49,000 nucleotides of DNA from a virus. Its lineage: Duplodnaviria > Caudoviricetes. The notes under the pieces are model-generated. The model worked only from the letters and a program-made list of their open reading frames with translations, did not search any database and had not been told where the DNA came from. The stretch is taken from IMG/VR virus record IMGVR_UViG_3300023106_000014, positions 1 through 49,000 of that record, one strand, 5' to 3'. This document shows, one piece after another, positions 27,533 to 36,710 of this stretch (position 1 is the first letter of the stretch; each line of letters begins with the position of its first letter). Both the position numbers and the translations under genes were made by a program.

Positions 27533-29286
27533 AGCGCGACGCCTTCACCGAGCAACTGGATCTGGGCGACGAGCAGCTGGCCGACAACTTCGCCGGCGGC
27601 GGCGGCGCCAGCACGGCGATCGGGATGGCGTACGGGCGCGAGCCGGACATCGCCATCAACCACGACGGCGAGGCGCTGTGCATGCACGCGGCCAACCATC
27701 CGACCACCCTGCATTGCCGCGAAGACGTCTTCCTGATCGACCCTGCAAAGGTCACCAAAAACCTGCCGGTCGGCATGGTGTGGTTCTCGCCGACCTGCAC
27801 GCATTTCTCCAGGGCCAAGGGCGACAACATCCTCAACCAGAAAATGCGCGGCCTGGCATGGGTCGTCTACAAATGGGGCGTGTATGTGGTGCCGCGCACC
27901 ATGTTCCTGGAGAACGTGCCGGAATTCATCACCTGGGGGCCGCTCAACGCCAAGGGCAAGCCGATCCCGGAGCACCGGGGCCGCACCTTCAGGGCATTCG
28001 TCGACGGTCTGACCACCGGCCTGTCGCCGGATCACCCCGACGTCGAGGAAATCGAGGCGGCGTTGGGCAAGGACTTCCCGATGTCGGCGTTGTTCCGCGG
28101 CTTGGGCTACAAAGTCGAGTGGCGCAACCTTCACGCCCATCATTTCGGCGCGGGAACGCGACGCAAGCGGCTGTATATGGTCATGCGGCGCGACGGCCTT
28201 CCGATCGTCTGGCCGGCGCCGACGCATGGCCCGGCCGACTCGCCCGATGTGCTGAGCGGCAAGCTGCTGCCAGAGGACGTCACCGGCGACCACCTCGACT
28301 GGTCCAATCCTTGCCGCTCCATCTTCGATCGCCCCAAACCGCTGGTCCCGCCGACGTTGCGCCGGGTCGGCCGTGGCTTCGAACTTTACGTCAAGGATAC
28401 CGATACCCCCTATATCGTCAACGACAAGATCGCCGCCGCCCTGGTGCAAACCGGTTACGGCGAGGCGCCCGGCCAGAAGCCGCGCGCGATGGACCTGCGC
28501 CGGCCGCTGGGCACCATCGTCGCGGGTGGCGGCAAGCACGCGTTGATGGCGGCCTCCCTGATCCAGTATTACTCGGGCGGCGGCCAGAACAGCAGCGCCG
28601 CGCGGCCATTGCCCACCATCGTCACCAAGGCCCGCATCGGCGTCACCACCGCCACGTTGGAGCCGCATCAGCCCGGCGAGGTGATCCAGGCCGCCCACCT
28701 GGTGGGAATCGACAACCAGAGCAACGCGAGCGGAAGCTGGAGCGCCGGCGCGCCGCTGACCACGATCACCACGGAAAATCGTCACGCGGTCGTCGTCAGC
28801 AATCTGGTCAAGCTGCGCGGCACCAGCCACGCGGCGGCCGCCAACGAGCCGCTGGGCACCATCAGCGCCGGCGGGCTGCACCACGGCGAGGTGCGCACCA
28901 CGCTGGAGAGCGTCGGCGTGGAGGACACCGCCGCGTACCTGCGCCGGCGCCAGCAGATCCGCGAATTCCTGTGGGAATACTGCCCCAGCCTGCACGGCGT
29001 CGAACAACCCGAACTGGTGATGATCCGGGGCCAGTTGATGGAGGTCACCGACATCGGTCTGCGCATGTTGACGCCGCGCGAGCTGGCCAACTGCCAGGGA
29101 TTCCCGCGCGACTACATCCTCGACCCGTACTACAGCTACGTCAATCACCGGGGCAAGACCATCATCAAGCGGCTGCCGCAGCACGCGCAGATACGCATGA
29201 TCGGCAACAGCGTTTCGCCACCGCCGGCGGTGGCGCTCATGCGCGCCAACAATCGATACGAGCGCCTGATGGCGATGGCGGCATGA
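27529..29286 (+). CDS. Orphan DNA cytosine-C5 methyltransferase
   Basis: FAGGGG (I), SPTCTHFS (IV), ENV (VI), RRKRLY (VIII), RMLTPRELANCQGFP (IX), IGNSV (X). Confidence 0.92.
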   Translation: MKRDAFTEQLDLGDEQLADNFAGGGGASTAIGMAYGREPDIAINHDGEALCMHAANHPTTLHCREDVFLIDPAKVTKNLPVGMVWFSPTCTHFSRAKGDNILNQKMRGLAWVVYKWGVYVVPRTMFLENVPEFITWGPLNAKGKPIPEHRGRTFRAFVDGLTTGLSPDHPDVEEIEAALGKDFPMSALFRGLGYKVEWRNLHAHHFGAGTRRKRLYMVMRRDGLPIVWPAPTHGPADSPDVLSGKLLPEDVTGDHLDWSNPCRSIFDRPKPLVPPTLRRVGRGFELYVKDTDTPYIVNDKIAAALVQTGYGEAPGQKPRAMDLRRPLGTIVAGGGKHALMAASLIQYYSGGGQNSSAARPLPTIVTKARIGVTTATLEPHQPGEVIQAAHLVGIDNQSNASGSWSAGAPLTTITTENRHAVVVSNLVKLRGTSHAAAANEPLGTISAGGLHHGEVRTTLESVGVEDTAAYLRRRQQIREFLWEYCPSLHGVEQPELVMIRGQLMEVTDIGLRMLTPRELANCQGFPRDYILDPYYSYVNHRGKTIIKRLPQHAQIRMIGNSVSPPPAVALMRANNRYERLMAMAA

Positions 29287-29567
29287 ACGCGTTCAGCCAC
29301 TTCATCGCCCAGCAGATGGCCCAGCCGCAGATGACGGCCGCCGGCCGCCACGCGCGCGTCACGGCGGATCCGGCGACCCTCGGCGACTTGGACGCCGCCG
29401 CCCTGGACTTCATCCGGACGCGGCCCGAGTGCGGCGTCGGCGCCATCGCGGCCGAGCTGGGCGTCGACGCGCCGTCGCTGTATCCGGTGCTGCAGAAGCT
29501 GCGGCGCTGCGGACTGGTCGTCATCGCCGGGCGCGTCGGCAACGGCAACCTTTGGAAGGCCGCATGA
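29283..29567 (+). CDS. Small winged-HTH protein
   Basis: GVGAIAAELGVDAPSLYPVLQKL..GLV; ATGA overlaps. Confidence 0.65.
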   Translation: MNAFSHFIAQQMAQPQMTAAGRHARVTADPATLGDLDAAALDFIRTRPECGVGAIAAELGVDAPSLYPVLQKLRRCGLVVIAGRVGNGNLWKAA

Positions 29568-29821
29568 TCATCGGCTACACCACCACCATCGACGCCTACC
29601 GCGCGCGCACCTTCGCCAGCCCGCCGATCGTGCTGCGCAAGCGCAAGTGCGCGTGCGGCAAGCAGGTCAACGCCAAGCAGCTGGCGCAGTACGGCGCCTG
29701 CGTCGGCTGCTACCGGGCGCACGTGAAGCGAAGCCGCGACGTCGCAGCACAAGAACACTTTGAACAGGCCCATCAAGAGGCCCGCACCACAACGGAAACC
29801 AAGGAATTAATACCAGCATGA
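29564..29821 (+). CDS. Small Cys-rich hypothetical protein
   Basis: CACGK..CVGC; ATGA overlap. Confidence 0.6.
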   Translation: MIIGYTTTIDAYRARTFASPPIVLRKRKCACGKQVNAKQLAQYGACVGCYRAHVKRSRDVAAQEHFEQAHQEARTTTETKELIPA

Positions 29822-29864
29822 ACCAGTCAGCAACAGCAATGAACATGCAGTACGGGGGGCGCAC

Positions 29865-30686
29865 ATGAACCACGCCTTCGATATCGAGCACGCCCGCCAA
29901 TACGGACTGCCCGAGGCCGTCATGATCAGCAATTTCCAGTTCTGGATCGCCAAGAACCGCGCCAACAAGGAGAACGAGCACAACGGCCGCACCTGGACCT
30001 ACAACAGCATCAAGGCCTTCACCGACCTGTTTCCCTACCTGTCGGCGGGCCAGATCCGCCGCACCCTGGACCGCCTCGTGGAGCTGAAGGTGCTGATCAC
30101 CGGCACCTTCAACGAGCGCGCCGTGGACCGCACCAAATGGTATGCGTTTTTCGACGAATGCATTTGGCTGCCGCAACAAAACCATTTGCCGAAATCGGCA
30201 AATGCATCTGCCGATTCCGACAAGTCCCTATATAAGACAGATGTAAACACAGATGTAAACACAGATACAGCGCCCGCCGAGCGGCCTGTTTCGCGGCCTG
30301 GACGGGCGTCGGCGGGCAAGGCGAAACCCGTCGCGGCGGAACCGAAATTCGACCCCGAGGCGGTATTGATCGCGGCCGGCGTGCCCGCGCAGCAAATCGC
30401 CGACTGGTTCGCCATCCGCCGACTCAAGCGCCAACCCTTCACCCTGACGGTATGGGAGCACATGCAGGATGAGGTCGCCAAGGCCCGCATGACGATCCCC
30501 GACGCGGTGAAGTGGTGTTGCCTCAGGGGCTGGGCCGGCTTCGAGGCGCGGTACATGGAGTCGCGTGGCGGAGCGGTCGCCAACGTCAACGGCGGCGCGG
30601 CGCAGGGCGGCTCGCACTTCGACGCCAGCATGGAGGCAGCGCGCAGGGCCAAGGCGTTGCTGTTCCCGCCGGGAGCGGGCCAATGA
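29865..30686 (+). CDS. Phage replication initiator (lambda O-like, N-terminal wHTH)
   Basis: FQFWI.KN..GRTWTYNS..FPYLS..IRR.L..L..DRTKWY; C-terminal WF..R..K/RGWAGF; internal iteron-like repeats. Confidence 0.8.
   Translation: MNHAFDIEHARQYGLPEAVMISNFQFWIAKNRANKENEHNGRTWTYNSIKAFTDLFPYLSAGQIRRTLDRLVELKVLITGTFNERAVDRTKWYAFFDECIWLPQQNHLPKSANASADSDKSLYKTDVNTDVNTDTAPAERPVSRPGRASAGKAKPVAAEPKFDPEAVLIAAGVPAQQIADWFAIRRLKRQPFTLTVWEHMQDEVAKARMTIPDAVKWCCLRGWAGFEARYMESRGGAVANVNGGAAQGGSHFDASMEAARRAKALLFPPGAGQ
30162..30267. repeat. Candidate lytic origin iterons inside the initiator gene
   Basis: 22-bp periodic units at 30162/30184/30206 incl. palindrome ATTTGCCGAAATCGGCAAAT, then ACAGATGTAAAC tandem repeat. 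Confidence 0.55.
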
Positions 30687-31390
30687 TTCCGGACGACTAC
30701 GACCTGTTCATCAGCAAGGTCGCGGCCGTGCTGGAGGGCAAAGGCAAGCGGCTGAGCGATACCGGCGCCGGCATGTGGTGGGCGGCGCTCAAGGGCTTCG
30801 ACATCGAGGCGGTCAGCGACGCGATCGACCGCTACATCCGCAGCGGCGATGGCATCTACAACTTCACGACCAACCACGTCGTCGAGCTGATCGAAGGCGG
30901 CAGCGTCGATTCGGCCAAGGAGGCGTGGGCCAAGATGGACAAGGCCGTGCGCCTGGCCGGCCCATGGGCCGACGTCATCTTCGACGACGCCATCATCCAC
31001 GCCGTCATCGAGGACATGGGCGGCTGGGCAGGGTTCGGCCAGAAGAAGGACAGCGAGTGGCCTTTTGTCGCCAAGGACTTCGAAACCCGCTATCGCGGCT
31101 ACAAGCTGCGCGACAACCTGGGCGACTACGCGCCACGCATCCTGGGCGCGATCAGCACCCACAACGGCGCGATCGGCGGGCCGACGCAGGATCCGGTGCT
31201 GATCGGCGACGTGCGCAAGATCGCCGCCGTCATGGGCGGAGGATCCGGCGCCGCCAAGATCGGCTTCCACCGCGCAGGCGCCGAGCTGATGGCGATGCTG
31301 CCGCAGTTGGCCAAGCAGCTGTCGGGGCCGCCGCCCAAGCTCAACATCATCGGAATACCATTCAATCAACAAGGAAGAAAAACAGCATGA
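30683..31390 (+). CDS. Replication-associated protein (DUF6475-like, helicase-loader position)
   Basis: WWAAL..AW..V..FDDAIIHAVIEDMGGW..PFVAKDF..Y; follows initiator. Confidence 0.75.
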   Translation: MIPDDYDLFISKVAAVLEGKGKRLSDTGAGMWWAALKGFDIEAVSDAIDRYIRSGDGIYNFTTNHVVELIEGGSVDSAKEAWAKMDKAVRLAGPWADVIFDDAIIHAVIEDMGGWAGFGQKKDSEWPFVAKDFETRYRGYKLRDNLGDYAPRILGAISTHNGAIGGPTQDPVLIGDVRKIAAVMGGGSGAAKIGFHRAGAELMAMLPQLAKQLSGPPPKLNIIGIPFNQQGRKTA

Positions 31391-31656
31391 CCAAGCCACT
31401 GATCACCAAAGAGCAAATTCAAAAAGTCAACGACCTGCTGGATCTGGTCATCGAGAAGCTGGGCCTGAAGAACGACGCCGCCCTGTCGCGCGCCTTGGGC
31501 GTGGCGCCGCCGGTCGTCTCCAAGACGCGGTCGGGCGACCTGGGCGCGACGCCGACGCTGCTGGTGCGGATCCACGACGCCTCGGGCATGCCGTTCACCG
31601 ACATGCGGGAGAAGCTGGGCATCCCGCCGCTGACGCCTCCCCATGGAACCATGTGA
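31387..31656 (+). CDS. Small HTH protein of a family common in Oxalobacteraceae
   Basis: LLD..IEKLGLKNDAALSRALGVAPPVVSK.R..LLVRIHD. Confidence 0.75.
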   Translation: MTKPLITKEQIQKVNDLLDLVIEKLGLKNDAALSRALGVAPPVVSKTRSGDLGATPTLLVRIHDASGMPFTDMREKLGIPPLTPPHGTM

Positions 31657-31909
31657 CCTGTGCCTGAGCCCCTCGGGGCGCTACCACGCGCACCGGGAAT
31701 GCTGCCAGATCCGGCTGCTGTCGACGATGCCGCAGCATGCCCGCGCCGCCGCCTACGAGCGCACCAAGGCGGTCGGCGGCAAGGCGGCCATGGAGCTGCT
31801 GCGGCAGAAGGTGGCGGCCGAATATCAGCGGCTGAACGGGGCGCGCCTCGCCGCGCACAAGGCGAAGATTCAATCATTGAAGAACTTGATAGGAGCGGCA
31901 CGAGCATGA
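31643..31909 (+). CDS. Hypothetical protein (Cys-containing)
   Basis: CDLC..CC; coupled to neighbours. Confidence 0.6.
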   Translation: MEPCDLCLSPSGRYHAHRECCQIRLLSTMPQHARAAAYERTKAVGGKAAMELLRQKVAAEYQRLNGARLAAHKAKIQSLKNLIGAARA

Positions 31910-32466
31910 GCAGCAAACGAAACGGCGGCGCCCACGGCGCGAAGAAAAAGCGCAACAAGACCTACAAACCATACCAGCCGAAGCATGGCGTCATGGCGGG
32001 CGGCATGATCGCCCTGGCTGAGAACCAGGAGCGCGTGGGGCAGGTCGCCGCATTTATTGAAAATCACGACAAGCCATACAGCGAAGACGATCTAAGCGAC
32101 CTGGCCCGCACCTACTGGCTCGCGTTCGACCAGCTGAAAATGGGCGCCGCCACCGAGGAGATATGGTCGACCGTATGCGCATCGATCAACATGGCGACGC
32201 TGCTGTGCGAGCGGGGGATCGGCGAGGAGCATTTGCCCGTGATGTCCCTCGCCCTCGACGCCATGTTCAGCGCGCAGCAGCGCGGCGAGCGGGTAGGCGC
32301 TTACCGCCTCGACGGCGATGGATTGCGCGCGGTCACGGAGGCCCTGCAAATACACGATGAGCAGATGCGCCATGTGACGCCGATCGACATCATGCGCGCC
32401 GACGACGAGCGCATCCGCCGCGAGCGGGACGGGGAAATCAGGACCGCCAAAGGCAGCCTTCATTAA
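31906..32466 (+). CDS. Phage hypothetical protein
   Basis: AGGAG RBS; basic N-terminus; ATGA overlap. Confidence 0.7.
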   Translation: MSSKRNGGAHGAKKKRNKTYKPYQPKHGVMAGGMIALAENQERVGQVAAFIENHDKPYSEDDLSDLARTYWLAFDQLKMGAATEEIWSTVCASINMATLLCERGIGEEHLPVMSLALDAMFSAQQRGERVGAYRLDGDGLRAVTEALQIHDEQMRHVTPIDIMRADDERIRRERDGEIRTAKGSLH

Positions 32467-32513
32467 CAGCCGGCCGGCGCGGCCGGCCATCCCAACGACA
32501 GCGAGCACAGACC

Positions 32514-32873
32514 ATGTTCCGATTCCCTGAAAAAAACTCACGCGGCGACCAGATCCTCAAGGCGTTCCACCAGCACGGCCCGATGACGATCTATCAGGGC
32601 GTGGAAAAGCACGGCGAGTTCCCTACCTGGCGCGTGCCGGACGGGATCCACCACAACAGGATGATCGAGCTGTACTGCGAGCTGGTCGACCGCGCGTGCC
32701 TGGTGCGCGAGAACATCCTGTACCGGCTGTCGGTGCGCGCCCAGCAGCACCTCGACAAGCTGGCGGCGCCGCAACAGCCCGGCCAGATCGTGCCGCCGCG
32801 CGTGCGCAACTTCCTCGCCAAGGTCAAAAGCTTCGGCAATTCCCCCTTCCAGCCGCACTGCCTGTCGCTGTGA
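32514..32873 (+). CDS. Hypothetical protein
   Basis: 119-aa ORF with GC3 bias. Confidence 0.65.
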   Translation: MFRFPEKNSRGDQILKAFHQHGPMTIYQGVEKHGEFPTWRVPDGIHHNRMIELYCELVDRACLVRENILYRLSVRAQQHLDKLAAPQQPGQIVPPRVRNFLAKVKSFGNSPFQPHCLSL

Positions 32874-32879
32874 CGACTC

Positions 32880-32912
32880 TTTTCTAAGTTTTCGCCGAAC
32901 CGCTCTTAGACT
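32880..32912 (+). promoter_or_regulatory. Copy C of repeated promoter-like motif
   Basis: TTTTCTAAGTTTT + 14 nt + TAGACT. Confidence 0.55.
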
Positions 32913-32935
32913 GCATCCCGAAATGACCGTGGAGA

Positions 32936-33367
32936 ATGTCTAAGATGAAAAATCGCGATCCCATCGCCGAGTATTGCCAAGATTGGGTGCGCTGGTCCCA
33001 GACCCGCACCTTCTACATGCGACCGCCCGCGCAGGGGCTGCTCGCGCGCCTGCAGCCGAGCAAGTCGTCGGGCGTCGAGCCCAACGCCCGCAACCATCCG
33101 GACATGCAGTATTTCAACATGGCGATCCACACGCTGGCCGACATGCCGCGCTGGCGCACCGAGTGGGCGACCTTCAAGGCGCACTACATCGGCCCCGCGC
33201 AGGTGGTCAAGCGCGCCGCCTCCGACCTTGGCATCGCCTCGCGCACCTACTACGACCACCTCAAGCGCTTCTCCAAGGCCGCCCACGACATGGCGCACAG
33301 CATTAAGCGGGTGCACGAGCGGCTGCACGCCGCCACGCCGGAGGAGCGCGCCGCCTGCGTCGATTAG
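32936..33367 (+). CDS. Q-like antiterminator / late regulator with C-terminal HTH
   Basis: WVRW N-terminus; KRAASDLGIASRTYYDHL HTH; end of early-right operon. Confidence 0.6.
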   Translation: MSKMKNRDPIAEYCQDWVRWSQTRTFYMRPPAQGLLARLQPSKSSGVEPNARNHPDMQYFNMAIHTLADMPRWRTEWATFKAHYIGPAQVVKRAASDLGIASRTYYDHLKRFSKAAHDMAHSIKRVHERLHAATPEERAACVD

Positions 33368-33440
33368 CCGGCGCCGCCGGCCTCCACGGCCACGACACTT
33401 CATCCAACTCACACAGGCGCGCCCCGGCGCCCGCAACCGC

Positions 33441-34517
33441 ATGACATACAGAACCTTCAAGGTGGGCAAGGTGTACCACTACCGTTTCCAGGTGAAGCCG
33501 TTCGCCCGCGTCCAGCGCAGCACCCGCGACACCGACAGGAAGCGCGCCGACGTCGTCGCCCGCAAGGCCTACGACGCGGCGGTCGTACGCTCCAACGGCG
33601 GCCAGCCGTTGCCCACGCTCGCCGAGCTGGCGGCCGACTGGATGACGGTGCATGGCCCGGTCGTCAGCGCGGCGCACCTCGGCAGCGTCGACGTCGTCGC
33701 GCGCCGGCACCTGTACGACCTGGGCGACGTGCGCATCGACCAGCTGGACACGCTGCGCATCGAGACGGCGCGCAACCGGCACCTGACGACGCACCAGCCG
33801 TCGAGCGTCAACCACTGGCTGCGGATCCTCAAGCTGATCGTCAAGTGGAGCGTCAAGCGCAAGATGCTGCCGGCGCTGCCGTGGGACGTTCCGATGATCA
33901 AGCTGCAAAAGAAACCCCGCAAGACACTGCCCACTATCACCACGGCCGACTGGCTCGCCGCGGTGAACGCGGTGACGCACCGCGATCCGGGCGTGGCGCT
34001 GTGCATCCGCCTGATGTACGGGCTGGGCCTGCGCGAATCGGAGGCCGGCGGCGCCCGCTGGGAGTGGCTGGACTGGGCGCGCCGCACCTACACGCCCGGC
34101 GAGACGAAGGGCAGGGAGGCGGTGGCGCTGGACGTGCCCGACTGGCTGATGGACGACCTGGCGCCGCTACGCAAGGATGAGGGGCTGATGGCGCCGCGCA
34201 TCCAGGGCACGCGCAAAGGCAAGCGCCGGCCGAGGAATTTCTCGTACACCGCGATCCGCAAGGCCAACCTGATGTGCCGCACTCCAGGCATCACGCCGCA
34301 CCGTCTGCGCGGCACCTTCGCCACCGTCCTGATGGAAACCGGCGCGCCGCTGCACGAGGTGCAGGAGACGCTGCGCCACAAGAGCCCGCTCACCACGATG
34401 GGCTATCTGGAGAAGCATCGCGGCAACGTCAAAAAGGCGCAGGGAAAGATGGCCGAAGCGACCGGATTGGCGCGGCGCGAAAGTGGCGAAGACCTCCCCG
34501 CCGGGCCGCATGGATAA
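33441..34517 (+). CDS. Second tyrosine recombinase
   Basis: LGLRESE, TKG, HRLRGTFAT, LRHKSPLTTMGY; N-terminal arm-binding-like YHYRFQV. Confidence 0.9.
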   Translation: MTYRTFKVGKVYHYRFQVKPFARVQRSTRDTDRKRADVVARKAYDAAVVRSNGGQPLPTLAELAADWMTVHGPVVSAAHLGSVDVVARRHLYDLGDVRIDQLDTLRIETARNRHLTTHQPSSVNHWLRILKLIVKWSVKRKMLPALPWDVPMIKLQKKPRKTLPTITTADWLAAVNAVTHRDPGVALCIRLMYGLGLRESEAGGARWEWLDWARRTYTPGETKGREAVALDVPDWLMDDLAPLRKDEGLMAPRIQGTRKGKRRPRNFSYTAIRKANLMCRTPGITPHRLRGTFATVLMETGAPLHEVQETLRHKSPLTTMGYLEKHRGNVKKAQGKMAEATGLARRESGEDLPAGPHG

Positions 34518-34586
34518 AGACTTTACGCTTTATCAACAGTCATACCCGTAGAAACAAACAACTAATTTCATTAAGGAAAAACGCCC

Positions 34587-34787
34587 ATGTTTACGCCCGT
34601 CTATTTCGCCCTGCTGAACCATCTAAATGCAACCACTGCAACCGCCGAAGGACACAATTCCGGCGAGTGTTCCACGGCGACGATTCCAGCACCAGCCGAG
34701 CAGCTAGACGGCGCGAAAGAAAGCCCGCCGGTACAGCGTCTTATCGAAATCCGCACACCGATTTATCTCAAGGCGATCCGACGCTGA
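34587..34787 (+). CDS. Small hypothetical protein
   Basis: TAAGGA RBS, 66 aa. Confidence 0.4.
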   Translation: MFTPVYFALLNHLNATTATAEGHNSGECSTATIPAPAEQLDGAKESPPVQRLIEIRTPIYLKAIRR

Positions 34788-34939
34788 GCGCTGGTTTCCC
34801 AGCACCACACAGAGCGCTCAAAATCGGGCGTTTTCGGAGGTTGCATTGGAGGGGGTTACAGGTTTGGTTGCATTTCGCGTTCCCCTGTAACCGCTGGCTA
34901 AAGAACAACATCACTCAACGACTCAAGGAATTGCAATAA

Positions 34940-35305
34940 ATGAACCGCCAACACCTCTACAAGGCGCGCCGCGTCTCCGACTATCGCAATCGACAACCAG
35001 AACTGATCACGGTTCCCGTCGCACACCGCTGGGCATCGCTCATGAGCCCCGACGGCGTTGACCTTGAGGACGTTGCCCGGCAGACGTTCAGCAGCTGGAT
35101 GACTACCAACCCCGACGAGCTGGCGGCCGTTCATCTTGGTGAGATCACGTTCACCGCCGGATCCAGTCACCACGTTGCCGGACTCGTAGGAATATGGGAC
35201 GCTGAAACAGGTGGCAACCTATTGTTTAGCTACGTCGTTCCTCAGGCGCGCCTCTCGCTAGGCGGAAGCTATATTGCGCCCTCCGTCATGGTTACCTGCG
35301 ACTGA
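34940..35305 (+). CDS. Hypothetical protein with tail-associated-like GIWDA..GGNLL motif
   Basis: AAGGA RBS; EITF..GIWDAETGGNLL. Confidence 0.6.
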   Translation: MNRQHLYKARRVSDYRNRQPELITVPVAHRWASLMSPDGVDLEDVARQTFSSWMTTNPDELAAVHLGEITFTAGSSHHVAGLVGIWDAETGGNLLFSYVVPQARLSLGGSYIAPSVMVTCD

Positions 35306-35362
35306 CAGGGTGAGCATCGAGATCACTAGCGGCATGAAAAACTGTCGCGCGGGAGCGCTTAG

Positions 35363-35659
35363 ATGAGTATTGCCGACCGAAAGAACTTTGAAGTCACCAA
35401 CGTGCGCGGCCGGAAATGGGATTCCGAATACGACTATCGCATGTATGCGGGCATGCTATCCAGAGAGAAGGGAAATTTCACGGTTGTGACCGAAAACGGA
35501 TACCCGCTGTTCGGATGTGCTGGCGCTCCTGGTGAGAGCGCGACATGGGCCGTCCGTGGCTGGTTCGCTCACCCGTTAGATGGATCAATCGCAGCGCCCA
35601 GACTCCCATGGCTAGAAGAGTGGCCACCGCTAAAACCGGGCACATGCGATCTGTGGTGA
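35363..35659 (+). CDS. Hypothetical protein
   Basis: GGGAG RBS, 98 aa. Confidence 0.55.
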   Translation: MSIADRKNFEVTNVRGRKWDSEYDYRMYAGMLSREKGNFTVVTENGYPLFGCAGAPGESATWAVRGWFAHPLDGSIAAPRLPWLEEWPPLKPGTCDLW

Positions 35660-35672
35660 CCTCATGCGCCTA

Positions 35673-35705
35673 TTTTCCAAGTTTTCGGAATAACGGCTAT
35701 ATCCT
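35673..35705 (+). promoter_or_regulatory. Copy D of repeated promoter-like motif
   Basis: TTTTCCAAGTTTT + 14 nt + TATCCT. Confidence 0.55.
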
Positions 35706-35752
35706 CGCGGCTCACTCAAGCGCGTCACAGCGTACAACCCAAAGGAAACCTG

Positions 35753-36679
35753 ATGTCCCTCATCTCCAGTACCATCAACACCGTCGGCGAACGCTTTCGT
35801 GCCATCAACCTGAAATCGTCCAAGCGCCTGGCTGTCGCGGTCGTGGCCGGCATCGTCGCGATCGCCTACTGGCCAGTCCATAGCGTCCCAACCGGCTCGC
35901 GCGGCGTCATCACCCAGTTCGGCGCCATCAGGGGCATTGAGGGCGAGGGCGCCGTCTTCCTGTTCCCTTGGCAGAAGATGGCGCTGTTCAGCGTGCGCGC
36001 GGAATCGGCCAACGTGGATGGCGCTGAAGGTAGCACCAGCGACCAGCAGCCCGTCAAGGTCAGCATGACCGTGCGCTACAACATCGCCAGCAACCGCGTC
36101 GCCGATGTCTATGAACAGTACAGCCACGACGGCGACCTGTCCTCCTATGTGCAGACCGCCACGCAGGAAGTGTTCAAGGCCATCACCGCGAAGTACACCG
36201 CTCCGGAGCTGATCGCGCAGCGCGCCAAGGTATCGGCCGACATCAGCGCCGCCCTGAAGGTGAAAATCTCCCTGTACGGCGCACAGGTTATCAACATCGA
36301 CATGCGCAGCTTCTCGTTCTCCCCTGACTACATGAAGGCCATCGGCGACAAGGTCACGCAAGAGCAGCTGCGCTTGGGCGCCGAGAATAAGCTGAAAACG
36401 GTTGAGGCCGAACAAAAGCAGAAAGTAGCCGTGGCCGAAGCGGAAGCGAGCGCCCAGCGCGCCACCGCCGACGGTCAGGCATATGCCGACCTGAAGGTCG
36501 CGACCGCGCAGGCCGAGGCGCTCAAGATCCAGAGTCAGGCGCTGGCGCAGAGCAAGGACGTGCTGGAGCTGCGTCGCATCGAGGTGGAACAAATCAAGGC
36601 TAACCGCTGGGACGGCAAACTGCCGCAGGCGATCTATGCGGGCGCACCGATCCCATTCCTGAACATGTCGAAGCAGTAA
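35753..36679 (+). CDS. SPFH/band 7/prohibitin family membrane protein
   Basis: N-terminal TM, VPTG.RGVITQFG, FKAITAKYTA.ELI..R, EAE coiled coil, RWDGKLP. Confidence 0.92.
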   Translation: MSLISSTINTVGERFRAINLKSSKRLAVAVVAGIVAIAYWPVHSVPTGSRGVITQFGAIRGIEGEGAVFLFPWQKMALFSVRAESANVDGAEGSTSDQQPVKVSMTVRYNIASNRVADVYEQYSHDGDLSSYVQTATQEVFKAITAKYTAPELIAQRAKVSADISAALKVKISLYGAQVINIDMRSFSFSPDYMKAIGDKVTQEQLRLGAENKLKTVEAEQKQKVAVAEAEASAQRATADGQAYADLKVATAQAEALKIQSQALAQSKDVLELRRIEVEQIKANRWDGKLPQAIYAGAPIPFLNMSKQ

Positions 36680-36710
36680 TCGCGGTCACCCTACAACTGC
36701 CACTGAACCC

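Noticed and set aside
23127-27543. Two genes begin MKRDA after similar GGCGGC context (23138- and 27529+)
   Set aside because: Too short; explicable by ATGA coupling and GC bias
27445-29567. 579-aa antisense and 629-aa alternative-frame ORFs over the C5 MTase
   Set aside because: Shadow frames; only the 3' part 29283-29567 looks like a real gene
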